Part shown: positions 37,791 through 48,892 of the stretch, in pieces
Numbering within the stretch: the first letter of the stretch is position 1
How the letters are laid out: each line of letters begins with the position of its first letter
Source of the DNA: Blastocystis sp. ATCC 50177/Nand II
Taxonomy: Eukaryota
Length of the DNA: 64,000 bases
Direction of reading: 5' to 3'
Assembly (NCBI GenBank): GCA_039096935.1
Contig: JBBPEE010000035.1
Span: 744,001 to 808,000, forward strand
Notes under the pieces: generated by a model
The model's input: only the letters and a program-made list of their open reading frames with translations
The model's database searches: none
What the model was told of the DNA's origin: nothing
Translations under genes and position numbers: made by a program

Positions 37791-38401
37791 GCTCCAGCTT
37801 CATCCATGAAGCTCGAGCTTCATCCACATCCTCCAGCTTCATTGAAGATACTCCAGCTTCATCGATCAAGTTCGAGCTTCACCCATGATGTTCAAGCTTC
37901 ATCCATGAAGCTTGAACTTCACCCATCATACTCCAGCTTCACCCAACATCACCCAGCTTCATGGAAGATACTCCAGCTTCATCCATCGTTCTCCAGCTTC
38001 ATCCATCGTTCTCCAGCTTCATCGATCATACTCCAGCTTCACCCAACATCACCCAGCTTCATGGAAGATACTCCAGCTTCACCCAACATCACCCAGCTTC
38101 ATCGATCATACTCCAGCTTCATGGATAAAGCTCGAGCTTCACTGATGGTCCTCCAGCTTATTCAGTACTACTCCAGCATCACCCAACATCACCCAGCTTC
38201 ATCGATGGTCCTCGAGCTTCATCCAAGATGTTCAAACTTTATCCATCGTCACCCAGCTTCGCGGATGAAGCTCGAGCTTCACCAGTAGTGTTCAAGCTTC
38301 ATCGATGAACATCCAGCATCATCCATTATCCTCCAGCTTCATCGATAGTATTCAAGCTTCACCCATCAGCATCGAGCTTCACTGATGATCATCCAGCTTC
38401 A
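37791..38401 (+). repeat. Tandem array of ~30 x 20-bp units (CTCCAGCTTCA + variable 9 nt), left arm of MULE-B
   Basis: Visible 20-bp periodicity. Confidence 0.92.
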
Positions 38402-38468
38402 CCGACTACATTAGCCTTTATGTATTGATCATAACAGACTTGTTGAAACAAACAGCTCCTCAATCCAG

Positions 38469-40970
38469 TTACTTCTTCCTTCCCTCCGTGATGAGGCCGT
38501 GGCAGTATTTGACTCCCGCTAGGAGATCACGAAGATCAGCATCATCCAGCTGATTGTACTCTCCCACAGAGTCGGCAAAGAGTTGGATGATGGTCTTCGC
38601 CTCCTCCTCCAGCTTCTCCCTTGGTAGATTCTCCAGATACGTGTCCATCTCCTCCTCATCATCCTGAGCTTCTAGATCACGGAGCTCTTCAATCGCGCTC
38701 TCCACGTTGGCCAGGAGCTTCGCCTTCTTTGCCTTCTTCTTAATCCCGCTGAGTGTGCGGCGCTTCTTTACCTCCTTCACCTGTGGAGCGCTGCACTTCT
38801 GGAACGGTGCAGTAAAGTAGTGGCACAAACCCCTGAAATGGCACAAACCCCGGAACGACCTCTTAGTTCTTTTTCACCAATTTTCATGTGGATAGGTATT
38901 AGTGTAAGAAACATGTTTATTCAATCAAATGTTCTAGAATCTTCCAGAATCTTCCAAAACGAATAACAGAAATCATTACCTTTTTGGCCAATCTTCATTA
39001 TTTCTTTGAGATGAACCGCGTGTTTGCAAGGAGTGAAGTGAGGAATCAAACCTCACCCAGAAAGAAGTTCAGCGCCATCAAACGGCTGAGCGGCGATGTG
39101 AATTGCGATGATGTCGATTCCAATCAACTTCTTCAGAAGAAACTGAAACTCTCCAAATCATCCTACTATAGTGCAGTGAATGCGATGAAAGAGGGGAGGG
39201 AGGTTGGGCGCAACGGGAGACCACCCTATCTTCGAGATGTGGAAAAGGTCGAATTTTGGGACTGGGTGGAGTGCAAGTCCCATGAGGGTAATTGTGCAAC
39301 TATGAAGGAGATGCGCGAGTATGTTACGGACATTGTCCGGGCCAAACGCCCCGCCGTTTTGCATAACCGGAGATTGGTGTCCAGAGGGTACATTCGCAAA
39401 ATCTTGGGGGAGGGGGGGCTTTTGCTGGATAAGTGTTGCAATTCCTATACTACTAAGAAACTACTATCCATTGATGAGGCGAGCGAGTTCTTCGCTCTCG
39501 TGGGTAAGGTTCTGAAAGAGTACGGAATTACACCTGATCTTGTTTTCAATTTTGACGAATCGTGGATCTCGCCCCAGGACAAGGCGCCGCGCTGTAAAGT
39601 AGCTCATGCCCGTGGGGATATCCCTACCAAGAAGCAGGGCAATCCGAGAGAGCACTATACTCTGGTAGGCTGTATCTCGGGGGCGGGTCTGGCATTACCC
39701 GAGTATTACATTATCCCTCCCAGAAAGCGCCTCGCGCCGATTCTGGAGAAGATTCATTTGGATAATAACTACATTGCCCAGTCCGCGAAGGGTTGGATGA
39801 GCAATGAGAGCTTAGCTCGGTGGATGCGCGATCTGCTGATTCCCGCGGTAAATCAGATCAGAGGCAACAACAAGGATAGACATGCCCTGATAATAGCAGA
39901 TGCGCACGCAAGTCGGTATGACAAGGCTGTGGAGCGAGCTTTAAGAAGTGAAAACATCCATATGGTCATCCTGCCTGCGAAGACCACTGCTCTCCTCCAA
40001 CCCCTGGACGTGGGGATCTATAGTCCCTATAAGACCCACCTCAAGGAGTACTGCAAGAGCAACGGGATAGAAGCCGTGCTCGATGCTTCTAGAAACGCCT
40101 TTTCGGATGCCTTCACAAGAAGCAACATCCTGCAGGCCTGGAAGCGAACGACACTGCTTTCTGATGACCACTCCTCCATCCTAGCTCAGCTGCCGGAGAA
40201 GAACGAAGAACGCCGCAATTGCCGGAAATCGCGATTGACGGGAGTGAAGCTGTTCTGAGCCTGGCCAAATTCGGTGTGATAGTGTTTTGTTGTAAACACA
40301 AAGAAAATGCAAAAGGGTTTGAAGAAATAGGCCTTGTGGGGGAGAAATGACGAAAGATACGGTCGACCAATGAGATTTGAGGACCGTTTTTCTCCAGATT
40401 CTTCCATAGGAGCTCTTGACTATCTATGGCTTAACCCTAATAACTCTTCATGTACTATCCATTGGGCAGGGTAGTGGGCGTTTCGCCGGTGGTCGTTCCG
40501 GGGTTTGTGCCATTTCAGGGGTTTGTGCCACTACTTTATTCAGCACCTGCACCTCTTTCAAATCGACCTTGAGGGTAGTTTCGTCTTTGAAACAATGCTT
40601 GCGAATATTCACCAGGAATGTCTGTGTAGAGGTGTGCAGTTTAGGGAACACTGCATGAAACCAGTCCACAAGGGTTTTGGTATCTACACATAATTATCGA
40701 TTCATTCACCTTACAGCCAGTGTAATTCAAACAACTACGCTTTTCCTTCTCACCATACATGCCTGAAGCAAGCACCGTCTTAAGGAAAACGAGACCGTGA
40801 AGATCTTTGATATTCTCGAGAATGTTCGCATTGACTGTTCCCTCTACGATGTCCTCATGAGTTATCCCCGGGGGATACACAATCGCTACTCATTATGATA
40901 ACCACCCTTTCAAACACTTTATTTCTTTCAAACACAACTGCTGCTTCTCGTCCAATGGAGTAGAGAACAT
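38469..40970 (-). CDS. Hypothetical spliced gene divergent from the MULE-B transposase, interrupted by pogo copy 5
   Basis: Removing the insert gives EVQVLN-TAPFQKCSAPQVKEVKKRR in frame; basic then acidic C-terminus; TGTTTGTT downstream on the minus strand. Confidence 0.65.
38815..40536 (+). mobile_element. pogo-type transposon, copy 5
   Basis: 46-bp TIRs; TA at 38813-14 and 40537-38. Confidence 0.97.
38984..40258 (+). CDS. pogo-type DD35D transposase, intact
   Basis: Identical 424-aa ORF. Confidence 0.93.
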   Translation: MANLHYFFEMNRVFARSEVRNQTSPRKKFSAIKRLSGDVNCDDVDSNQLLQKKLKLSKSSYYSAVNAMKEGREVGRNGRPPYLRDVEKVEFWDWVECKSHEGNCATMKEMREYVTDIVRAKRPAVLHNRRLVSRGYIRKILGEGGLLLDKCCNSYTTKKLLSIDEASEFFALVGKVLKEYGITPDLVFNFDESWISPQDKAPRCKVAHARGDIPTKKQGNPREHYTLVGCISGAGLALPEYYIIPPRKRLAPILEKIHLDNNYIAQSAKGWMSNESLARWMRDLLIPAVNQIRGNNKDRHALIIADAHASRYDKAVERALRSENIHMVILPAKTTALLQPLDVGIYSPYKTHLKEYCKSNGIEAVLDASRNAFSDAFTRSNILQAWKRTTLLSDDHSSILAQLPEKNEERRNCRKSRLTGVKLF

Positions 40971-41105
40971 AGGTCACAGTATGTGTGAAGTTGGAACACA
41001 ACAGTGGAGCAGTAATAATACCCCTAACCCATCAAGATTCAATAATAGGTTAGGGTCTGCGATGCACATATATACTGCATTTGTTCATCACCACAATAGA
41101 AACAA

Positions 41106-43882
41106 ATGGAGAAAAAGGAAGTCTGCCTTAATGGTAGTCCATGTGTGATATGTGTAAAGCAGTAGGGTATAAGCTCTCCCTGGAGGACATCGAGGCGCAT
41201 TCCTTGTTTGATAAGGAGGATAACAAGAAGCTGCTCTGCATGTTCACAAAGAAGTCAGATTTCATGTCCATGTTAGAGTCTGGAGGAATTGACTTGTCGC
41301 GGGTGAGCAGCAACAATATCGATCAGGACGATGTATATACGACCGTTCACCTTCATTGCCCTCTTCCGCTGGGCAATCCATTCTTTGCATCATTGAAGAT
41401 CAAATCTGACGGAACTGGTGTGCACTAGCTGTGTTGTTGATTGTATAGGATATGTTTCCCTGATGTACTTGATGGGAATGGAATACAGTACTTCAGAGAC
41501 GATTTTCCCCGATGAGGAGCGCATAGAGCTGATCAAGAAGAATCAGGAGAAGCGTCTTGAAGTCGCATGGCCGGTGTTTGTCAGCAATCTGCAATCACAG
41601 ATGCCACATGCGAGCAAAGCCAAAAGGGAGTCGCTGCGGGGAAGGATCAAGAATGGCAAGCAAGTTCTTGAGAATGCTGCAAAGAGAGTGACCACATCAC
41701 GTCCACGTCAACCAAAGACTGTGAGCATGGTTGGCTCTGCTTCCGTACCATCACCTATAGGAAGACGCTGCTGCGAAGATGCTGGCAGTTCACAAGGAGA
41801 CAATGGTTGCAGGGGTGAAAAGGATGGAAGTATTGAAGGGGCCCGTAACAGTGGTGTGTTGTGAAAAGGAGAGTGGGTTGACTGTGATGAGTGGGCATGC
41901 GGAGCCAGGAAGGGACAAAGAGGATGAAAGCCAATTGCTTGGTGTGCTAAGTGAGGAGAACGGTGGTGAAGTGGTGAACAGTGTTGGTGATGTGCTTGAG
42001 AGAGCGAAGGAGGAGTTGGAAGTGACTAAGAAGGCGATGGAGAAGGGTGACAAGAAGTTTTGTTGGGTAGTGCCCTCCAGGAGAAGCCGGAGGAAGGGGC
42101 GGAGGTGCACCACCAAGCAGCTTCGAAAGTTGTTTGGATTGAAGACAAAGGATTGTCCCTACAATCAGATGACGATGGTGCAGTGGAACGCGATACGCGA
42201 ACTACTCACTAAAGGACTGTGGAGGAGGGTGACGTGGAGAACAGTCTACGAGCCCGAAGACCTGGAGAAGGAGGCCGTCGAGAAGCAGGAGAAGTTGGGA
42301 GTTACCCCATCTACTGCGGCGGTAACCGAGATCGCGAAGAAGGCGTCTTCATCCTTCGTTCGCAAAGCAGTGAACAAGGTGAAGGGCAAGGGGCTGTGTG
42401 ATAGAGACGAAATACTCTCTATCTGTGATCTGAGTACGTGATGATCGCTGGTAATGATGTGTAGATAAGGCGATTGGTGAAGCTATTCCTGGATCGGTGT
42501 TTGATGTGGAGTCTGTGTTAGCGAGGATTGTCGATGAAGATGCGTTGGGTGTTGAAGGTGCGGGTGCTGTGTTGAAGAATGTTGTTGATCTGTGGGTGGC
42601 CACCACACACATTCTATTCGTTGATGCTTGCCACACGAGTGATGGATGGATGATATACATTGCTTGCTTTGTGGATCCGAATCATCATGTGCAACCAATT
42701 GGCTTTCGTTTGTGCGAAGCAGAGGATGAGAAGAATTGGCTGTACTTTCTCCATGCACTGAAGAGGGCAGGGGTGAATGATGACATTGAGGATCTTGTCA
42801 TAATGAGTGATCGTTCTCCTGCTATCATAAGGGCAGTTGACTTGGTGTTTCCACGATGTGAACATGCTCATTGCATTGTACACTTTGAAAGGAATCTGCA
42901 GCTGGAGTGGGATAAGGTGTATCATGGCTTTAACAAAGACTATGGTATCGAGATGTTCAACATCATTGTCAATTTGTTTCGCGATGCTACGATTGCGGTT
43001 TCTCAGCAAGAGTGTGACGAGTATCTCCAGAAGATTAAGCAAGCAGAGTTGGTTTTCAGGAGGACCGTGAAGGTTCCAGATCCGAGGGATAGGAACAAGT
43101 CAAAGAATCCCATTTATGACTACGTGAGGAAGTGTGAGGGTGTGTATATGTGGAAGTGGAAGTACAATCACCTGCTGGAGCAGACGTCCAATGCAGTCGA
43201 GAGTGTAATGAATGAGTTGACCCTTAATCTGTTTCATAAGGGGGTAATTCGGAGCTCTCCCTTCTTTGACCGCTACAGGTTGCTTGTGATGCTCATTCTC
43301 CTGCGGATGAAGCAAAGGTACAATGAAATGACGTCCAGCAAGGGCATTCTGCCTATGAGGAGCAATCATTGGGGGTGCTTCACCCCTTGGGCCGTCTCTT
43401 TGGTGTTCCGCCGGTTTCACTATGTGTTGGATTACGCGAAGGAGTATACTGTGAAGGCTTGTCGCTATGGGGTGGATGGACATGGCAGTGGGAACCACGA
43501 GTACTTCAATGTGAAGGATGGGACTGTTGGAAAGAAGTACAAAGTGGATTTGAGAAATTGGAAGAATGGATGTAGCTGCCACATCCATGAGAGGCAGCAG
43601 ATGCCCTGCACCCACATCATCGCTGTTCTCATTGAGTTGAAGCAGTACCAGATGGTGTGGGGGTTTGTTGGCTCTGTGTACTCTCTACAGTCCCTGGGGA
43701 GGGCGTGTAGAGAGTGGACACAGAAGGAGGATGAGCTGTACCACTGGCTCTCCAAGCAAGTGGTGAAGGAACATCCTAAGAAGCTCGTGATATGGAGATC
43801 AGTGAAGAAGGGAAACGGGAAGAACAAGCGGAGATGGTACAGTCGTGGAGAGTGCCCAGTAGGTGACGAGGTGAGCGGTTAA
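41106..43882 (+). CDS. MULE (Mutator) transposase with SWIM zinc finger, apparently intact, 5 exons
   Basis: ILFVDACH, IMSDRSPAIIRAVDLVFP..HAHCIVH, TSNAVES, CSCH...MPCTH. Four ~31-nt GT-AG introns join the ORFs. TGTTTGTT at 43935-43942. Confidence 0.88.
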
Positions 43883-44059
43883 TCACATAGATCAATGTGG
43901 ACAAGAGGAGAAAGTGAGTGTCTATATCACGTGTTGTTTGTTACCACAATCCATATATATCAATCCTACCACTGTTGCAACAAACAATCAATCAGTACAG
44001 AACATACTTGTCTTCGTCAGTTCTTCGGCATTGCAGAGATGACATGACAGATGTCGGTA

Positions 44060-44355
44060 GTAGAGCGAGGTCCTACCCACCATGGGACCCTCGGAGCCGT
44101 TCGGGTTCATCGGGTACTCCATCGTCACGTTGCCGTCGTCGTCCACGTACTTCAGCGCCACACAGTTCTGCCGCATCGCCTCCTCCTTCACCGCGTCGTC
44201 GGGCCAGAAGCAGCGACCCTCACCGTGCGCCACCCACACGCCCAGCAATGCCAGTGAGAAGGTGTCCCGGCTCGTGTAGAACGCCTTGAACTGCGCCTTC
44301 AACTCCTTGTTGAACAGGGTCGTCGATGCCCACCCGCGCGCCGACTCGAGCATGC
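44060..44355 (-). pseudogene. PFAS: PFAS (FGAM synthase) glutaminase-domain fragment with internal deletion
   Basis: LESARGW...DTFSLALLG/VWVAHGEGR...EYPMNPNGS; GC-rich. Confidence 0.85.
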
Positions 44356-45749
44356 CCGTGATGATGTAGTCACTATCCCCTCATGCATGGTGTATCGCGA
44401 CCGAGGTCGAAGACGCTCATCAGGATGCATGAGTGATTCACGCTCATGACCACGTAGGGTGGCGGAATGAAACAAGGGGACCACTGACGAGGTAACAGTA
44501 CATAGAGAATCACGACAAGTCACTTCCTGCGATGATGAGAAATCATGTGCAAGGGTTGCAACCTGCAACCACATGATACACATAGATGACCAACTATACT
44601 CATTGGTCTTGATGGTCCCGAGCAACGACGCTTCCCTGGACCCATTTGAAGATGATCAGTAGCTTCCAGAAGGGATCCATCCGCTACAGTCAAAGCGTGC
44701 AATGGATGACCCATACACCAACAGCAGGGAGGTGGAGAACATCAAGGAGGAATCATCAACGGTTCGGATAGCCTTCAATCGGCATCAGCATGACCATATG
44801 ACAGACAACAGCAGAAAGTGATTGGCACGCAGGAAGGAACACCCCGGCTTCATGGCGAAGGATACTCCGGTTTCACTATGAATGCTGGTTGCCACAATGG
44901 TAGACGATCTGACACTCGCAGAAGAATCATGGAATGCTGTCGATCTCAGGAATACTGCGAGGTAAGGAGTGCGGGACATAGGAAGGTCATGGACAGCACA
45001 ATTCCAATACATCAGGCAGCAGTAAAGGCATCATCAAGGCTAGAATACACCATTACGGAAGGACACTTGTCGCAACCATCCTATTCAACAGTACTACACT
45101 CGATTACCAAGGACTGACGCGTTGACAAGAGAATTGAAAGAGATAATGAGCGAATGGTTGAATCGATAAAAATAGTGGCGATTCTAGCCACTGGACCATT
45201 TGAACCATAGAACACTTGTACTCTTAAGCTGATCTCGTCGCTTCTATGTAGGATGATGGGACTTTCAAAGTGCTTACACCTAGTAGCTCCGATTCTTCGA
45301 CAGTCCATGCCTGTACTATATCTCTGTTTACGAGGTTGCCACTCCAGTGGTGAGTAAGATTCACAATGTCATACTGATACGCGGAATGCCGATATCGTAA
45401 CGCAGCCTGTTCCATTCTGTACGTCGTTCCGGTGTATTCCCTGATGGATTCAACGCCGCTTGCTGATTCCTGCGTGCTCCTAAGAGGAGACTCGGAAGAC
45501 ATACCGCATACCGCGTCTGTGGTGTAATCCTCACGCATGAACCTCCCAGCATGACCTATGGGTTATGCACCCGTTGCCCATTCCATGTGCTGCACGGACG
45601 ACCATCAGCTCGAGATGAAAGAAGCATGCGCCATTCCAAGGCGCTTCTGGGTACCACCGAAGACCAGCATGCTCTTATCATGCCCCCTCTATTCTATATT
45701 GTTCCGCTCGAAGCGAGAGCCTCGCCATTTCACTTTCATCTTCCTATCG

Positions 45750-47778
45750 CTGTTTTTCCGGAGGCAGCAGGGCTATCGATGACAAGAAGGAGCCGTGTTG
45801 TTGACTGCACATCATGGAGGACACGCTGACGGAGGTGCGTCGCGTGATCATCGTGATGACCTTCAATGACGACTCATCGGGTTCGAGACCTCTACCCTCC
45901 AGCCCGAGTACCCCCTCCTAGTGCGTGCGTCAGTTCATGTCTCCCATCCTGCTGTCCGCTGAGACGCACAACTTCCCCTCGGGCGTGGCGCCCTTCCCCG
46001 GCGTGGAGACGGGCACGGGCGGCCGCATCTGCCACGTGCAGACGATGAATGCGAACGTGACGGCGAGCACGGTGGGCTACTCGGTGGGCGCGCTGAACAT
46101 CCCCCGGTACGAGCTGCCGTGGGAGGAGACTCCGAGTGGACGAGGGCTGCTGACCATCGAGATCGACGCCTCGAACGGCGCATCAGATCAAGTTCGGCGA
46201 GCCGGTGATCACGGGCTTCACGCGCTCCTTCGCGCAGCGCATCCCGAACGGCGAGCGCCGCGAGTACCTGAAGCCGATCATGTTCTCGGGCGGCGTGGGC
46301 CAGCTGGACGACCGGCACCTGCACAAGGGGCAGCCCGAGAAGGACATGCTGGTGGTGAAGGTGGGCGGTCCTGCCTACCGCATCGGCCTGGGCGGCAGGA
46401 GCTGGACCGCGTGCTGCGTCTGCTGTCGGTGGGCAGCAAGCGCTTCCTGACGAGCAAGGTGGACCGGTCGGTGACGGGCCTGATCGCGCGGCAGCAGTGC
46501 TGCGGCCCGCTGCACCTGCCGCTGAGCGACGTGGCGGTGTTCGCGCAGAGCCCGTTCTCGACGACGGGCTGCGCGACGGCGATCGGCGAGCAGCCGGTGA
46601 AGGGGCTGATCGACCCCGCGGCGATGGGTCGTCTGACGGTGGGCGAGGCGTGCACGAACCTGGTGTGGGCGGCGATCACGGACATCGAGGACGTGAAGTG
46701 CAGCGGCAACTGGATGTGGGCGAGCAAGCTGGAGGGCGAGGGCGCGGCGATGTACGACTGCTGCGAGGCCATGGGCAAGGCGATGCTGGAGCTGGGCGTC
46801 GCGGTGGACGGCGGCAAGGACTCGCTGTCCATGGCGGCGAAGGTGGGCGAGGAGGTGGTGAAGGCGCCGGGCACGCTGGTGGTGTCGGTGTACGCGGGCT
46901 GTCCGGACATCTCGCTGACCGTGACGCCGGACATCAAGCACGCGGGTCACTCCTCGCTGGTGTTCGTGGATCTCTCCGGCGGCCACGCGCGGCTGGGCGG
47001 CTCGGCGCTGGCGCAGACCTTCAAGCAGCTGGGCGATGCGTCCCCCGACTGCGACACGGCGCTGGTGAAGCGCGCCTTCCGTGCGACCCAGCGTGTGCTG
47101 CGCGAGCGTGTGCTGCTGGCGGGTCACGACCGCTCGGACGGCGGTGTGGTAACGACGGTACTGGAGATGTGCTTCGGTGGTGACTGCGGCTGTGTGATGG
47201 AGGCGACGACGGAGAACAGCGTGATGGAGTTCCTGTTCAACGAGGAGCTGGGTCTGGTGGTGGAGGTGGACGACGCGAAGGTGGGTGAGGTGCTCGCGGC
47301 GTACGAGGCAGTGCAAGTGCCCGCGCGTGTGATCGCGAAGACGCAGGCGGCGAACCGCGTGAAGGTGAGCGTGAACGGCGCGGTGGTGCTGGACGAGGAC
47401 GAGAAGGCGCTGCACGACCTGTGGGAGGCGACGTCGTTCGAGCTGGACAAGCCGCAGTCGAACCCCGCGTGCGCCGAGCAGGAGCAGGAGGGTCTGAAGA
47501 AGCGCCACAAACCCACATGGAAGCTGACCTACGAGCCGCGCGCCACACCGGCGGAGTGGCTGGCGAGCGCGTCGAAGTACTGCGTGGCGATCATCCGCGA
47601 GGAGGGCTCGAACGGCGATCGCGAAATGGCGGCGGCGATGTACGCGGCGGGCTTCGAGCCGTGGGACGTGCACGTGCGCGACCTGCTGAGCGGGCGCATC
47701 ACGCTGGAGGGCTTCCTTCTGAAGGTGCTCGTGGGCAAGTTCAGCTACGCGGACGTGCTGGAGTCGGCGCGCGGGTGA
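45750..47778 (+). pseudogene. PFAS: PFAS (phosphoribosylformylglycinamidine synthase) pseudogene fragment
   Basis: AETHNFPSGVAPFPG, KPIMFSGG, KVDRSVTGL, GGKDSLSM, HDRSDGG, REEGSNGDREMA; frameshifts and a large internal deletion; strongly GC-rich against background. Confidence 0.92.
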
Positions 47779-47954
47779 CGCACAGTGGGCGATACCCTGC
47801 TGAGACTGTCTTTCGACAGTCATTACCCGTGATTGACATCAGCATCGGTGATCTGCACAATGGTGGTGCATTGAATGCATATGGCATGTGTTTCTTACAA
47901 CAAAGCGATCTTGACATGTTTACGATACTACGAACTCAAAACAGAAGCACACAA

Positions 47955-48405
47955 TGAAGCTGGGTGATCACTGGTGAAGCTCGATGCTGATGGGTGAAGC
48001 TTGAATACTATCGATGAAGCTGGAGGATAATGGATGATGCTGGATAATGATGGGTGAAGCTTGAACATCTTGGATGAAGCTCGAGGACCATCGATGAAGC
48101 TGGGTGATGTTGGGTGATGCTGGAGTAGTACTGAATAAGCTGGAGGACCATCAGTGAAGCTCGAGCTTTATCCATGAAGCTGGAGTATGATCGATGAAGC
48201 TGGGTGATGTTGGGTGAAGCTGGAGTATCTTCCATGAAGCTGGGTGATGTTGGGTGAAGCTGGAGTATGATGGGTGAAGTTCAAGCTTCATGGATGAAGC
48301 TTGAACATCATGGGTGAAGCTCGAACTTGATCGATGAAGCTGGAGTATCTTCAATGAAGCTGGAGGATGTGGATGAAGCTCGAGCTTCATGGATGAAGCT
48401 GGAGC
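47955..48405 (-). repeat. Inverted copy of the 20-bp tandem array (~22 units), right arm of MULE-B
   Basis: TGAAGCTGGAG periodicity, the reverse complement of 37791-38401 with fewer units. Confidence 0.92.
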
Positions 48406-48554
48406 TGATTTGTATTCAGTTATGTCAAGGAGCCGTTTCCGTCGGGTGTACCGACTAGCCATGTATAGTAGACAGTGTGCCTGATCATATGGTAGTGGTG
48501 GCGTTTCAAAAGCTCGCGGCATTTATACCTGTGGTTGTACAGGAACCCGATGAG

Positions 48555-48657
48555 ACGTGCACGTGCGCGACCTGCTGAGCGGGCGCATCACGCTGGAGGG
48601 CTTCCTAATGAAGGTGCTGGTGGGAGGTTTCAGCTACACGGACGTACTGGAATCAGC
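48555..48657 (+). pseudogene. PFAS: Short PFAS fragment
   Basis: [35 protein letters not shown], a near copy of 47665-47769. Confidence 0.8.
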
Positions 48658-48892
48658 ATATGTGGATTACCCGCGATATGGTGGATATGAATAACGATAG
48701 TGAGAACTTTCCTTGCTATTTGCAACAAAGCGATCCTGATAGGTATAGTGTCAAACACAACGTGTTTGCCATTCTATTCAATGTAGTATGAAATCATATA
48801 CAGGAAACAGAGCATAGTGCGAGTTGTGACAGTACTATCATCATCCCGCACTATCACTGTATCAAATACTCGGGTCCGATAACCCACTAATA

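Larger units (their letters stand above)
37648..48548 (+). mobile_element. MULE-B: putative foldback Mutator-like element carrying an accessory gene and host-gene fragments
   Basis: Inverted arms starting GGGTTCCTGTAC: 143-bp unique end (37648-37790, 48406-48548) plus 20-bp tandem arrays; encloses a MULE transposase. No matching TSD, so a single insertion is not proven. Confidence 0.7.

Noticed and set aside
37791..38401. CRISPR-like array or repeat-protein gene (ORFs 37674-38288, 48151-48522)
   Set aside because: Variable parts are only ~9 nt and recur, there are no cas genes, and the 20-bp period is not codon-compatible. The array is mirrored as part of an inverted arm.
45925..47778. Functional PFAS or a bacterial horizontal transfer because of high GC
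   Set aside because: Frameshifted, internally deleted and truncated. The motifs fit eukaryote-type large PFAS, and high GC3 alone does not show foreign origin.
46375..47823. 482-aa antisense ORF and other overlapping ORFs on PFAS
   Set aside because: Shadow ORFs from high GC3 codon bias.
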